Positions 28,485 to 38,358 are shown, numbered from the stretch's first letter. The stretch is DNA of 64,000 nt from Bacteroidota bacterium (GCA_050258935.1 JBLMZS010000014.1:737-64736); one strand, 5' to 3'. Translations and numbers: made by a program. Notes: generated by a model not told the origin, from the sequence alone.

Positions 28485-29338
28485 AGCCAGTGTTCGGGGT
28501 ACTGTCTGGCATATTTCTCAAGTATGGACATATAGGTCTGGGTGATAGCTTTAACCCTTTCTTCTTCGCTGGTTTCGTCATGATGCGAGGTAATTTCCTC
28601 TGTATAGGCTATATAGCTGTAATCTTTCTGGCGTATAAGAATAGCCACTATGACGGGCACGTTTGTTTTGACTGCGAGTGAAGCGGGACCGGTGTAGATT
28701 GCCGTATCGCGTCCGAAAAATTTGACCCTCACTGCCTCTCTGGGTCCTCTCTGGTCAGCGACCATACCGACTAGGTGTTTGTTTCTTATCTCCTTGTAGA
28801 TTTCACGTATTGACACACCAAGCGGTACGACCTTATTGCCGAATTTTTCGCGCATATTGTTCATCCACTCGGACACATAGGGATTTCTCTGCATTTTTAC
28901 GACTACTGACATGGAAGTCTCAAGCTGCGCAGCAATAGACATTGCCCCCAGTTCCCAGTTCCCGTAGTGCGCGGTAAGCACTATCAGTCCGCGCCCCTGG
29001 TCGTATGTATCCCTGACAGACTTAAAATCCGGAAAGGAGACCATTTTTCTGATTGTTTCGGGTGTAAGCTGCGGAAGGCAGAATATTTCGATCAGCGAGA
29101 CAGCAAAGCTGGTATAACTCCCGAAGGCCATCTTCCGGATCTGTTTTTCCGACATATCAGGAAAGGCCATGGTGAGGTTATCTATCACTGTTTGTTTTCT
29201 GACAGGAATGAGATAAAAAAAGAGCGCGGCGACAACCTTGGCCGCATGACGCGCTCTGTTTATTCCCATAGCAGAAAAGATCAGAACAAATAGTTTGAAG
29301 AAAAAATATTCAAATTTGTTTTTACTTTCGATATCCAA
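28457..29338 (-). CDS. Lysophospholipid / lipid A (Kdo2-lipid IVA) acyltransferase, LpxL-HtrB family
   Basis: 293 aa; N-terminal TM helix, LTAHYGNWE (HX4D/E-type acyltransferase motif) and a C-terminal YPEHWLWMHKIWK. TTG start; overlaps the GT9 gene by 28 nt. Confidence 0.82.
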   Translation of the reverse strand: MDIESKNKFEYFFFKLFVLIFSAMGINRARHAAKVVAALFFYLIPVRKQTVIDNLTMAFPDMSEKQIRKMAFGSYTSFAVSLIEIFCLPQLTPETIRKMVSFPDFKSVRDTYDQGRGLIVLTAHYGNWELGAMSIAAQLETSMSVVVKMQRNPYVSEWMNNMREKFGNKVVPLGVSIREIYKEIRNKHLVGMVADQRGPREAVRVKFFGRDTAIYTGPASLAVKTNVPVIVAILIRQKDYSYIAYTEEITSHHDETSEEERVKAITQTYMSILEKYARQYPEHWLWMHKIWKY

Positions 29339-29362
29339 TTTTCTACGGTAATAATTTTTAAA

Positions 29363-30736
29363 TCAGTTACTCTGTATTCTGCGTGACCAGTTATCATCTC
29401 TCAGTTCACCGCGTTTTGTCGAATGCAGCAACTCATAGTCTGAGAAACCGGAAACATCACCGAATACGAACAATACACCGCCTTCGATCTGGTTATACTG
29501 CCAGATTTCATAAGGTTTCTTGTCAACGTCACTGGGGTAGCGGTCTATTTCATCGGGTTCTCCGTAAAGGATTAGAACGCGTCCGCGGTCAGTTTTCATG
29601 CCTTTGCGGTTTATAGTTCCGTATTTTTCGTTAGCTTTGCGCACACGCTCCATATACTCGGCCTTGAATTCATTTTCCGGTGTTGACAGATCAGTATCAC
29701 GTTTTTTCCAGAACTGATACAGAAATTCTCTCTTTGCATTCACATTGTCGAGATTGTCGTACTGGTCAATTTCCTTGGAAGTAGCTATATATTTTACAAA
29801 TGCGAACATTTCATCTGCCTCTTCAACGCTGATCACGCTGAATTCGCTGCTGAGCATATCGGCATTGGCAAGAGCTTTCTGCAGTGTATCCTTGACCTGA
29901 GGATTGAATATATAGAATCTTTTTGATGAAGCCACACCGAAGTTACCCAGACTGTCAACAAGGTTTATCATAAGAGTGTAAGCATCGGTCGGGTACTTAG
30001 TGATATTCACAGTTCCGACTTCAACCCTTGAATTGCTGATTTTGGATATCTGCTTGGTTTTCTCAGAGATCTTCGTACCCTTGCTGTTGTAGAGTATAGT
30101 TCTTACGCTGACATTCTCGCTTTTGATAGAGGGATTTTTCAGGTTATATATTTCGGTGTAATAATACAGTACCGGAGAGCCCTCACCGAAAACCATGAGC
30201 GGATTAGGTACCACCTCGAGTGTATTCTTATAAAAGATAGACTGTGTATCTGCACTTTCCTGTTTGATGCTGGTAGCCAGTTCAACGTCACTGAGGGCCA
30301 GATTCTTCTCAAGGAAGGGATCTATGGTAAACGTTTCTTTTATAACTCTGCGTTTTGTAGTGTCCGCGCCGTCGCTGCCGGTTATAGTGCAGCGGTAAGT
30401 TCCTTTTGGTATTACAAATCCAATAACACCTATAAGGCTTTTCCCCTGTCTGGCAGAAGCAGTGTCTGCGATGTTATCGATCTTCCAGTTCTTGTTTACG
30501 AGGAAGTTGCCGCTTACGGTATCCTGTATTTCTATGTGCAGTTTTGCATTCACATACAGGTCTTTTCCGCGTTTTTCCAGTTTAAGGTTATCCTGTCTGA
30601 ACGAATAGTAGAACTCCACAAAATTCGAAAGACTGTCGTAGCCGAAGCGCGCGAAGTCAAAATCGAATCCCATGCCGTTCTGTGCGTGCAGCAATGCCGG
30701 AAATAACAGGAAAAGGACCAGGTAAAGTTTTTTCAT
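29363..30736 (-). CDS. GWxTD domain-containing protein (function unknown)
   Basis: 457 aa with a signal peptide. The C-terminal block RKGMKTDRGRVLILYGEPDEIDRYP...KPYEIWQY matches the GWxTD domain signature, with GM in place of GW. Confidence 0.75.
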   Translation of the reverse strand: MKKLYLVLFLLFPALLHAQNGMGFDFDFARFGYDSLSNFVEFYYSFRQDNLKLEKRGKDLYVNAKLHIEIQDTVSGNFLVNKNWKIDNIADTASARQGKSLIGVIGFVIPKGTYRCTITGSDGADTTKRRVIKETFTIDPFLEKNLALSDVELATSIKQESADTQSIFYKNTLEVVPNPLMVFGEGSPVLYYYTEIYNLKNPSIKSENVSVRTILYNSKGTKISEKTKQISKISNSRVEVGTVNITKYPTDAYTLMINLVDSLGNFGVASSKRFYIFNPQVKDTLQKALANADMLSSEFSVISVEEADEMFAFVKYIATSKEIDQYDNLDNVNAKREFLYQFWKKRDTDLSTPENEFKAEYMERVRKANEKYGTINRKGMKTDRGRVLILYGEPDEIDRYPSDVDKKPYEIWQYNQIEGGVLFVFGDVSGFSDYELLHSTKRGELRDDNWSRRIQSN

Positions 30737-30790
30737 ATTATTCTCTTCTGATTTTTCAGACTCAGTTTAAGGAAAATAATTTTGGATTAA

Positions 30791-30809
30791 CAAATGTAAA
30801 ACAAAATTA
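30791..30809 (-). promoter_or_regulatory. Two tandem TAnnTTTG boxes upstream of the GWxTD gene
   Basis: Minus sense reads TAATTTTG tttt ACATTTG: TAATTTTG (30809-30802) and TACATTTG (30798-30791), located 55-73 nt upstream of the ATG at 30736. Confidence 0.3.
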
Positions 30810-30826
30810 TGTAAAAATAAATCGGC

Positions 30827-30860
30827 AAAAAAAAAGCCTATTGCAGCTAGTGCAACAGGC
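30827..30860 (-). terminator. Intrinsic terminator after the PorV-like gene
   Basis: In minus sense: gcctgttgca ctagc tgcaataggc followed by nine T (A-run 30827-30835 on the plus strand); 9 of 10 stem positions pair. Confidence 0.75.
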
Positions 30861-30881
30861 TTTATCTGCAAATCAATTTTC

Positions 30882-31901
30882 TTATTTGAATGCAAGTTTA
30901 ACAGTGAAAATGTGATTTGGTTCCGGAAATTCTTTAACGTCGCGGTAAGCGTAGTCAAAGTTAAATCCAACTCCGTCTGAAATTGTGTAGTTCAAACCAG
31001 CTCCGGCAGTAAATCCGAATGTTGACTGATCAGTATTTTCCATCTGGAGGTTATATCCGCCGCGGACAAAGAAGGTATTCATAAATCCGTATTCAGCACC
31101 CAGATTCAGCATATCTTCCATTGCATTATTCACAGTATATGTTGAACCCAGCAATAAATTGTTCTGTTCGTTGATACCGTATTTGTAAGCGGCACTCAGT
31201 TCAAAATAACTGGGGATCTGGAATTCCTCTGTAACTATTTCATAAGTACCTGTACTGGATCCGGGGAATGTACCGGGGACTTCTGTATGTCCCTGCAGAT
31301 CATCACCACCGTATCTCATATTAGAGCCTATGTTCTTGACAGAAGCGCCCATAGAGAGGTTATTGTTGAATCTGTACTGTACGCCGAAGTCGATTGCAAA
31401 ACCTGTAGCAGTAGTGTTCATGATCGATTCACTTATGAGTTTCAGGTTTGTACCAATAGAAATTCGGTCTGTAATTATTTTTGAGTAAGTAAGTCCGGCA
31501 ACGAAATATCCCGGAGAATATGATTTACCAGTTCCGTCGGGCATTTCTTCAGTGGTCTCGTTAATATCGCCGAAGTCAAATGACTTAAAGCTGAGGCCTA
31601 TTGTACCCAGATCACCGAGAGCAGCAGCCGCAGCGAAATAAGTAACGTTGATATCGGCGAGGTAGTTCATATAACTGAACATAGCCTCACTTGCACCGCT
31701 AACGTCCAGGCCTGCCGGATTGTAGTAGATTGATTCGAGTCCCGTAATATTTGCTAACATAGCACCTCCGGTAGCAATACCGCGGGCACCAACCGGAACC
31801 AGAAGCTGCTCGGCACCAGTAGTTCCTTTTCTTGCGATATCCCCGGCCAGCACTATATGTGAGGACACTATCAGTAGAACAACGGTTAATAATTTTTTCA
31901 T
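30882..31901 (-). CDS. PorV/PorQ-family outer-membrane beta-barrel (T9SS-associated, FadL-like)
   Basis: Signal peptide followed by GTTGAEQLLVPVGARGIATGGAMLANITGLESIYYNPAGL, the conserved N-terminal PorV/UPF0164 block. Has alternating beta-strand patterning and a terminal F-x-K. ATG 31901 is preceded by AGGAG, so it is preferred over the track start 31928. Confidence 0.7.
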   Translation of the reverse strand: MKKLLTVVLLIVSSHIVLAGDIARKGTTGAEQLLVPVGARGIATGGAMLANITGLESIYYNPAGLDVSGASEAMFSYMNYLADINVTYFAAAAALGDLGTIGLSFKSFDFGDINETTEEMPDGTGKSYSPGYFVAGLTYSKIITDRISIGTNLKLISESIMNTTATGFAIDFGVQYRFNNNLSMGASVKNIGSNMRYGGDDLQGHTEVPGTFPGSSTGTYEIVTEEFQIPSYFELSAAYKYGINEQNNLLLGSTYTVNNAMEDMLNLGAEYGFMNTFFVRGGYNLQMENTDQSTFGFTAGAGLNYTISDGVGFNFDYAYRDVKEFPEPNHIFTVKLAFK

Positions 31902-31978
31902 GTTAAAAAACTCCTGATATATTTCCAAATTTTATAAAGCGGAAAACCGTGGTTGCGGTTTTCCGCAATTATATAATT

Positions 31979-34900
31979 TTAGTATTTCGGTAATTGTTTC
32001 TGTGGCATAATTATCGCAAACTTCAGCACTTTATCTCCATACAAAGGTGAATGTACTATTGCCAGGTACATTCCCGAAGCAACCCTAAGACCGCTCTCGT
32101 TCTGCAGATCCCAGCGCAGGAACGGTGAAGTTGAAGAAGTTTTATCTGATGTTGTCAGTGTTCTGAGCAATGATCCCGACAGACTGTAAATCTTAATAGT
32201 TACTTCCTCTGGCAAATTAGAGAATGTAACGAACGGTTCATCAGGAACACCTGTAGTAGTATAACTTGTTGCCACATTATAAGCAAATAACGGGTTTGGA
32301 TACACATTTACTCTCCTGAATATATCCTTTTCCTGGTCAGCTGTAAGTTTTCCGCTGGCATTTGTGGTAAACGTATACTTATCGGCCGGAGTATAAGGAT
32401 ATTTGCTTACTTCTACAACCACCTTATCAGAAGAAGACCATGTAGCTGTCTGTGAAGATTTTTCCAGACCTACTGCATAGAGAGTATTCAGGAATGGTGA
32501 AGCAGCAATTTTTCTTTCAGCTGCGCTCAATGGTGCATCTGCAGGCGGTTTGTAATATGTGCTTCCGTTAAGGTCTGCCCACACAGTTCCGCCAGCACCG
32601 TCAGCAAATCCACCCTTGTAGACTGCCTGATTTCCATTTGCATCATAAGTACTATTGAATACCAAAATGTATTCGCCAGTTTTGACCAATGATGTATCAG
32701 GATTCCACTGTCCGTCAGGAATACCGCCATCCTTTGCTCTTTTTTCGATGAAACCGACTGTAAGCTGGCGTTTTTCACCGAATGAAGGATCTTCAACCCA
32801 TGCCGTAAAGGGCACATCGACAAATCCCTGTCCGAGCAGTCCTACAGTTCCCTTACCCACTGTATCGGCAGCTGTCAGCGCACCTGCATATACAAATGAT
32901 GACTGCTGAGCACGTGTAGTTTTTCCATAGTAGCCGTTTATGTAACGGTATGCCTTACCAGGCTGGTCAAAGCGTATTTCGACGCGTTTGAGCTGATCAG
33001 CTCTGATTATCTTGTTGTTCAGTGTATGCAATACACCACCGATAGCCTGAAGTTTTGATTTCTGTGCAATGTCTTCAGCCAGATAGTGCAGCTTCGAAGA
33101 GGTCTTATCTATCCAGTTGGTCTTTGTTTCAAATTTCAGCGAACCCAAAGCAGGTTTCTCTTCTGACACTTTTACAATAAGACCTTCAACCGGAACAGTG
33201 GAAATATCGCTGCTGCCGTATGTAAATACCTTCATAGAATCCAGAAGAGTCTGATTTGTAGTCAGGTTCTTCAGGTTCCAGAATGTCGAGTAATCATTTG
33301 TCTTTGTACTGTCTATGCCAAACGATACTTCATAATTTGCACCGGTAACACTGGGAAGGTTGACTATTTCATAAGATACCTTACCCTTGCTTCCGCCGCT
33401 GTTCTTCTGTCCTTCAACCTGATAAGCAGTCAGATCGTAGAGGTTCTCGCCGACGGTAACCGGAATAATTTTGTACACGTTTTCAGCTTCAGCAAAGAGT
33501 TCCTTGTTGGACATTACATAATCGCCTGCTGTGCTGCCATAGGCCTTAAGAGCTTTCTGGTTCAGTGCATAAGATGTCACAGCAAAGAAATACGGTCTGC
33601 CTTTAACAAGATCTTCACCATCCTCAAATGGATTTTTGTCGATGACAAATTTGATCCTGCCAGTTGCCGGATCAGTATATATTGCCTTATCGAGCTGGTT
33701 ATCAGGATTTGTAGGATAGAGTTTTCTTGGTACTCCGTCCTGGTCCTCCTTGTACACATCCTTTATAGCATCTTTAAGGTCATATGTAGCAACCAGTTTA
33801 ATGTTCTCCTGACCGTCGATAGTTTCTCCGGTACTGTTAATCCTGAATGCATACACATTGTAACCCTGGAACTGCATGTCGTAGAGCTCAGTTGTATTTG
33901 AATAAGTGACCTGATTAGGTGTCGGCCAGCTGAGTTCTATTTTATTGTCTGTAGTTTTCACAGTTACATCAGGAGCAGGCGGAGGTGTAGCAGTCTGGAA
34001 GTTCTTGTCGAATATGAACTGTGCACCATCGTCTATTCTCTTGGCTTCTGTAACAGATCCGAGAGCTGTTGAAGCCTGTCCGACTATATAGGCAACAACT
34101 ATTTCAATTTCCTTACCCTTAACCAGATCAAACGGACCGGTGTTCTGCATCTGGCGCTGATCCTGTGCCTTTGCATTTATCCATCCGGTTTTTTTAACCG
34201 GATCACCTGAATACCAGAAACGGTTGTCGATAGTTGAACAGTCAACACCCTTCACCTCGCCAAGTTCCCATGAACATGGATCGACGGCACTGCTGTCAGG
34301 TTTCAGACCCAGCATGAGGTTTCTGGCTTCTAATGCAGTATTTGGATCCTGGATTGGAGGCGCGCCCTGCTGATAGTGTATAAATGAAGATATACCGAGA
34401 TTAGTTGCGCCTGGATAAGCAACAACACCTATCTTCTGGCCCCTTACGCTGTAGGCGGTATCAAGAGGCGTATCGATTCCTTCATCATATACATTATTTC
34501 CGTTATTGTCAGAATAAGTACTGTCCTTAATATAGCTTACAGGACCCGAGAAAAAGTCGATCAGGAAGCAGGGAGGATTGTCACCATACTGCGCATCTCT
34601 GGCCTTTCCGTATACGAAGCCGGCATTTCTGGCAACATCGCAGCCTACGTAGTCATCTGTAGGACTTCCCAGATCAGGATCTGCCCATACGCCGAAATAA
34701 GTATCTTTCAGTGTATCGGCTTTCAGGCCTGTATTTTTAATTCTGTAGCGTACAAATATGATATTGCCGATAGCACCCTTTGAGGCAAATCCGAACACAG
34801 ACTGACGGATTTCGATACCCTGAGGATCGATACCGGTAAATCTTGTTCTCTGTCCTGAAGGAATACCATCGTTGTAAACGCACCAAACCATTTCATCACC

Positions 34901-35485
34901 GATCAGGTCGGGCATATCTTCGTTTGTATCCCATTTTCCATTGCCGTTCAGATCGGTAGGATCATATTTTCCGTCTCCATTGCCATCATAGAAATCAGCA
35001 CCCAGGGCAACTGCATCACTCCAGTCTTTCCAGCTCTGTGAGAAAGGAGCATCACCGGCCTTGACTACATACATAACAGCGCGGGGATCGTAGGACATGC
35101 CCACCGGACCCGGTTCAAAGTTCTCAACAAGCGACGCCGTAGCTTCAGCACACGCAAACAATTTGTCTTTTGCATAACCGCTGATAAAAAATCCGCCCGA
35201 GAACAGGAATGAGCTTTTACCAAACCATGCGTTTGAACCACGCGGTGGAATGTTGACAGCAGCAGTAACACCGCGGCTGTCAAGTGGTAAATCAATATTA
35301 TTTATATTGAAACGATAAGAATCACCGTTTTTTCCTGAAGCAGTGCTTTTGAAGTAACCGGTCTTCTGCGTCCGGTTAGGCTTCGAAGCTCCCTTCTCAT
35401 CTTCAGCATGGCTGAATGATGTAGCAGCTGCCAGAAGTAGTACCAGCAAAAACCTCGTTGTAAAAGATATTTTCTTTATTATCAT
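31979..35485 (-). CDS. Large secreted protein of unknown function with type-A T9SS C-terminal sorting domain
   Basis: 1168 aa with a signal peptide. Asp/Asn/Gly-rich calcium-loop-like stretches (DGNGDGKYDPTDLNGNGKWDTNED; DNNGNNVYDEGIDTP) and an Fn3-like segment (PPPAPDVTVKTTDNKIELSWP). C-terminal CTD: VNVYPNPL...VTIKIYSLSGSLLRTL...LRWDLQNESGLRVASGMYLAIV. Confidence 0.7.
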   Translation of the reverse strand: MIIKKISFTTRFLLVLLLAAATSFSHAEDEKGASKPNRTQKTGYFKSTASGKNGDSYRFNINNIDLPLDSRGVTAAVNIPPRGSNAWFGKSSFLFSGGFFISGYAKDKLFACAEATASLVENFEPGPVGMSYDPRAVMYVVKAGDAPFSQSWKDWSDAVALGADFYDGNGDGKYDPTDLNGNGKWDTNEDMPDLIGDEMVWCVYNDGIPSGQRTRFTGIDPQGIEIRQSVFGFASKGAIGNIIFVRYRIKNTGLKADTLKDTYFGVWADPDLGSPTDDYVGCDVARNAGFVYGKARDAQYGDNPPCFLIDFFSGPVSYIKDSTYSDNNGNNVYDEGIDTPLDTAYSVRGQKIGVVAYPGATNLGISSFIHYQQGAPPIQDPNTALEARNLMLGLKPDSSAVDPCSWELGEVKGVDCSTIDNRFWYSGDPVKKTGWINAKAQDQRQMQNTGPFDLVKGKEIEIVVAYIVGQASTALGSVTEAKRIDDGAQFIFDKNFQTATPPPAPDVTVKTTDNKIELSWPTPNQVTYSNTTELYDMQFQGYNVYAFRINSTGETIDGQENIKLVATYDLKDAIKDVYKEDQDGVPRKLYPTNPDNQLDKAIYTDPATGRIKFVIDKNPFEDGEDLVKGRPYFFAVTSYALNQKALKAYGSTAGDYVMSNKELFAEAENVYKIIPVTVGENLYDLTAYQVEGQKNSGGSKGKVSYEIVNLPSVTGANYEVSFGIDSTKTNDYSTFWNLKNLTTNQTLLDSMKVFTYGSSDISTVPVEGLIVKVSEEKPALGSLKFETKTNWIDKTSSKLHYLAEDIAQKSKLQAIGGVLHTLNNKIIRADQLKRVEIRFDQPGKAYRYINGYYGKTTRAQQSSFVYAGALTAADTVGKGTVGLLGQGFVDVPFTAWVEDPSFGEKRQLTVGFIEKRAKDGGIPDGQWNPDTSLVKTGEYILVFNSTYDANGNQAVYKGGFADGAGGTVWADLNGSTYYKPPADAPLSAAERKIAASPFLNTLYAVGLEKSSQTATWSSSDKVVVEVSKYPYTPADKYTFTTNASGKLTADQEKDIFRRVNVYPNPLFAYNVATSYTTTGVPDEPFVTFSNLPEEVTIKIYSLSGSLLRTLTTSDKTSSTSPFLRWDLQNESGLRVASGMYLAIVHSPLYGDKVLKFAIIMPQKQLPKY

Positions 35486-35523
35486 CTTAATTATCCTATT
35501 TCTGTTTTAACAATCATTAAGGA

Positions 35524-38358
35524 TTAAAGAGTTATGTTTGTGAAATTAACTCTGAGTCCGAGCTTAATGAGTCTTGGAATACCAAAGTTGGCAGGATCTC
35601 TCTCCAAAGAAGTATAATCCTGTCTGTAACCTTCACCATTCAGAGCTATAAGAGACTTACCCTGAGCGGTATTGAGGAAACCTGTTGTATAGGCATCGCC
35701 CGTTGAGCGGTATACATCGGTTACGTTGTCTGCATCAAACAGATTTTCGATCCATACATAAGGTGAAAGTCTGAGGTTGCCAATTGCAAACGTTTTTTCG
35801 ACTTTAAGATCGACCTTGAATGAACCGGGAGCGTACCTTGAATTGACATAACCGGTAGTACTGAAACCGCCATCAGTTGAGGCCAGTATGTTATAGTAAT
35901 CGACCGGAGTATAAGGACGTCCGCTGTTAAATGAGATCAGCATGTTGGCCGAGAACATTTCCAGGAATCCGAGGTCACCCTGCGGAACTGAGAAATCAAG
36001 GTTGATAACACCTGTATGTCTCTGATCGAAATCAAGTGGTGCAATAACCTTAGGAGCAGCATTGTCGTTGTTCCTGAATACAGCCGTAAAGCTCGAACTG
36101 GTAGATGATCCTGTGCCTTCAGCAATTGAATATGTATACTGTGCCGAAAGGCTGAAATATCCGAGTCTTGAAAGATCAAATGAGAATGCAAGACCCTTTG
36201 TAGTACCGAAATCAGAGTTTGTCGGAGCGATATATGCAATTGTCTGACCGCCCGGCACTCTCTGGAAATAATTGTTCTGCTGGTTTACAAGACCTTTGAT
36301 ATTCTTGTAGAACGCTGTAATATTCAGAGCAGCCACATCACCAAGTATCTGGCGGAAACCAACTTCATACTGGATGGTTTCTTCGCTCTTTATAGAAGCA
36401 TTCTGCACATACTGCGGCGACATGCTCTTGAACTGCAGCAGGTCATACTTTCCTGCATACACGTCTGTAAGAGCCGGCTGCTGCACGAAACGGCCTATCT
36501 GTGCGTGGAATACCGTAGTGTTGGTCACCGGGAATCCAAGTCCGATACGCGGTGAAACCAGTACTTCAGCTTTCTTCGTACGGAAATCGCCGTCATCAAA
36601 GTCCTTAGGATTAGATCCGCCTGCATAAGGCAGTGCAGGATTTATAAGTTCATCAGCCTGAGTATCGAAGTAATCGACTCTGACACCCAGATTCAGCACG
36701 AGATCTTCGAGTTCATATCTGTCCTGAATATATGTATAAGCAAACACGGGAGTCTTTGGCCTGAGGCCCTTATCAGAATAATCCGTGCCGGTTTTGCTGC
36801 GTCCGGTAACATCATAACCGAATACCGTCGGCTGCATATCTTCAAATATCTGTTCTTCGGTCTTGTTCACATAAACGTCGCTGGCAAGACCTATAGGAGA
36901 GATAGAATAATATCTAACGAGGTTATAGCTGACGCCGCCGCCAAATTCAAGGAGGTGGCTCTTCTGCTGTGATGTAAAATCGAAGTCAGCAGAATATACG
37001 TCATTTTCATTCTTCGTATAAGCATTGTTAACACGGCCATATCCATAGAATATACCGTTTTCATCTTCGAGTATCCTCTGTCCGTTGGCAGAAATAGTTA
37101 CACCGAAGGTGTTCTTCATATATTCCTTATTGCCATAAAGGAAAAGGTTATCCTTCATATGCGGATCGAACTGAGAATAGTAGTATCTGCGGAAACCACC
37201 TGTCAGGTTCCAGAAAGTATTCTTGCTCAGTGTCTGAGAAACCTTAGCACTGTAAGAATAATTGTTCTGCTCAAATGCAGGCATGAATTCAGCATTGTTT
37301 TTTGCATATCTGTGTGTATACATCCTGCCTTCACGCGTATTCACATTGGCACCGAGCCTGACAGTAAAGTCGCCAAAACTATGATATGTTCTGCCCGTAA
37401 ATCTCCACACACCGGCGGAGTTGTTAGGATGCACGTCATAGGTTTTGCCAATGCTCTCGAATTCAAGTGGAATAGCATTTGGTTCGGCATCGAGGAACCA
37501 GCCTCTTTCAGCCGACAGGAAGAATGTATGCCTTGCATCTCCCGGTATAAACGGACCGCTTAAGTTTCCTGAATACAGGTTGTATCCGAACTTGTCCGTC
37601 CATGAAGAAGTCACAGCATCTGCCATGATAGCATATGTAGGAGCACCCGACTTGGTAGTAACGTTGATGATACCAGACTGAGCCTGTCCGTATTTTGCTT
37701 CATAACCGCCGACCTGGAAAGACATCTGCTCGATGGCAGCGTCAGAAACCTGTGCGGCACTGTTACCTGAAAGTACGTTGTTCTGTGGAATACCATCAAC
37801 TATATATAATACTTCATTACCACGACCACCGCGGACGTTAAGAGTTGCATTACCATCTGCGCCGCCGCTGCCTTCAGTTTTGACAACGCCCGACTGCAGT
37901 GAAGCGATGTTAGTAACACCCTTTACCGGCAGTTTTGATATCTGATCTGAGTCTATAACTTTTACTGTATTTGTGGCTTTCTCTTCAAAGAATTTTGAAT
38001 CGGTGACCACAATTTCATTCAGGTTGAGTCCGCCGGTAAGCTGAACATTCAGCTCATAGGTAATACCGCCTACAATTCTGACATCCTGAATAGTTTTTGA
38101 TCCATATCCGACGTAACTGACGCGGACATTATACGTACCAGGCGTTATATTCAATACGAAATAGTTGCCTTCCAGATCAGTGGCTGCACCATGTTCAGTA
38201 TTGATAACCACAACGTTTGCACCGATAAGTGGTTCGCCGGTAGTTGCATCAACAATCTTTCCTGCCAGTTTACCAACGCCCGACTGCGCAAATACAGTCG
38301 CAGCAGTCAGCAAGAAGACGCAGAAAGACTGCAATAAATACTTTGACACTTTTTTCAT
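35524..38358 (-). CDS. TonB-dependent receptor with N-terminal carboxypeptidase-regulatory-like domain
   Basis: 944 aa. After the signal peptide comes GKIVDATTGEPLIGANVVVINTEHGAATDLEGNYFVLNITPGTYNVRVSYVGY (CarbopepD_reg-like). It also has a plug (LNVRGGRGNEVLYIVDGIPQNN) and a long beta-barrel. Confidence 0.88.
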   Translation of the reverse strand: MKKVSKYLLQSFCVFLLTAATVFAQSGVGKLAGKIVDATTGEPLIGANVVVINTEHGAATDLEGNYFVLNITPGTYNVRVSYVGYGSKTIQDVRIVGGITYELNVQLTGGLNLNEIVVTDSKFFEEKATNTVKVIDSDQISKLPVKGVTNIASLQSGVVKTEGSGGADGNATLNVRGGRGNEVLYIVDGIPQNNVLSGNSAAQVSDAAIEQMSFQVGGYEAKYGQAQSGIINVTTKSGAPTYAIMADAVTSSWTDKFGYNLYSGNLSGPFIPGDARHTFFLSAERGWFLDAEPNAIPLEFESIGKTYDVHPNNSAGVWRFTGRTYHSFGDFTVRLGANVNTREGRMYTHRYAKNNAEFMPAFEQNNYSYSAKVSQTLSKNTFWNLTGGFRRYYYSQFDPHMKDNLFLYGNKEYMKNTFGVTISANGQRILEDENGIFYGYGRVNNAYTKNENDVYSADFDFTSQQKSHLLEFGGGVSYNLVRYYSISPIGLASDVYVNKTEEQIFEDMQPTVFGYDVTGRSKTGTDYSDKGLRPKTPVFAYTYIQDRYELEDLVLNLGVRVDYFDTQADELINPALPYAGGSNPKDFDDGDFRTKKAEVLVSPRIGLGFPVTNTTVFHAQIGRFVQQPALTDVYAGKYDLLQFKSMSPQYVQNASIKSEETIQYEVGFRQILGDVAALNITAFYKNIKGLVNQQNNYFQRVPGGQTIAYIAPTNSDFGTTKGLAFSFDLSRLGYFSLSAQYTYSIAEGTGSSTSSSFTAVFRNNDNAAPKVIAPLDFDQRHTGVINLDFSVPQGDLGFLEMFSANMLISFNSGRPYTPVDYYNILASTDGGFSTTGYVNSRYAPGSFKVDLKVEKTFAIGNLRLSPYVWIENLFDADNVTDVYRSTGDAYTTGFLNTAQGKSLIALNGEGYRQDYTSLERDPANFGIPRLIKLGLRVNFTNITL

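Noticed and set aside
31979-35485. Hypothesis that the 1168-aa protein is PorU, since porU-porV adjacency and a size of about 1150 aa are classic
   Set aside because: I found no gingipain/C25-type motifs (no GHG-type His block or catalytic Cys context), and the N-terminal region does not resemble PorU as I remember it. It is kept as an unknown cargo. HMM searches should confirm this.
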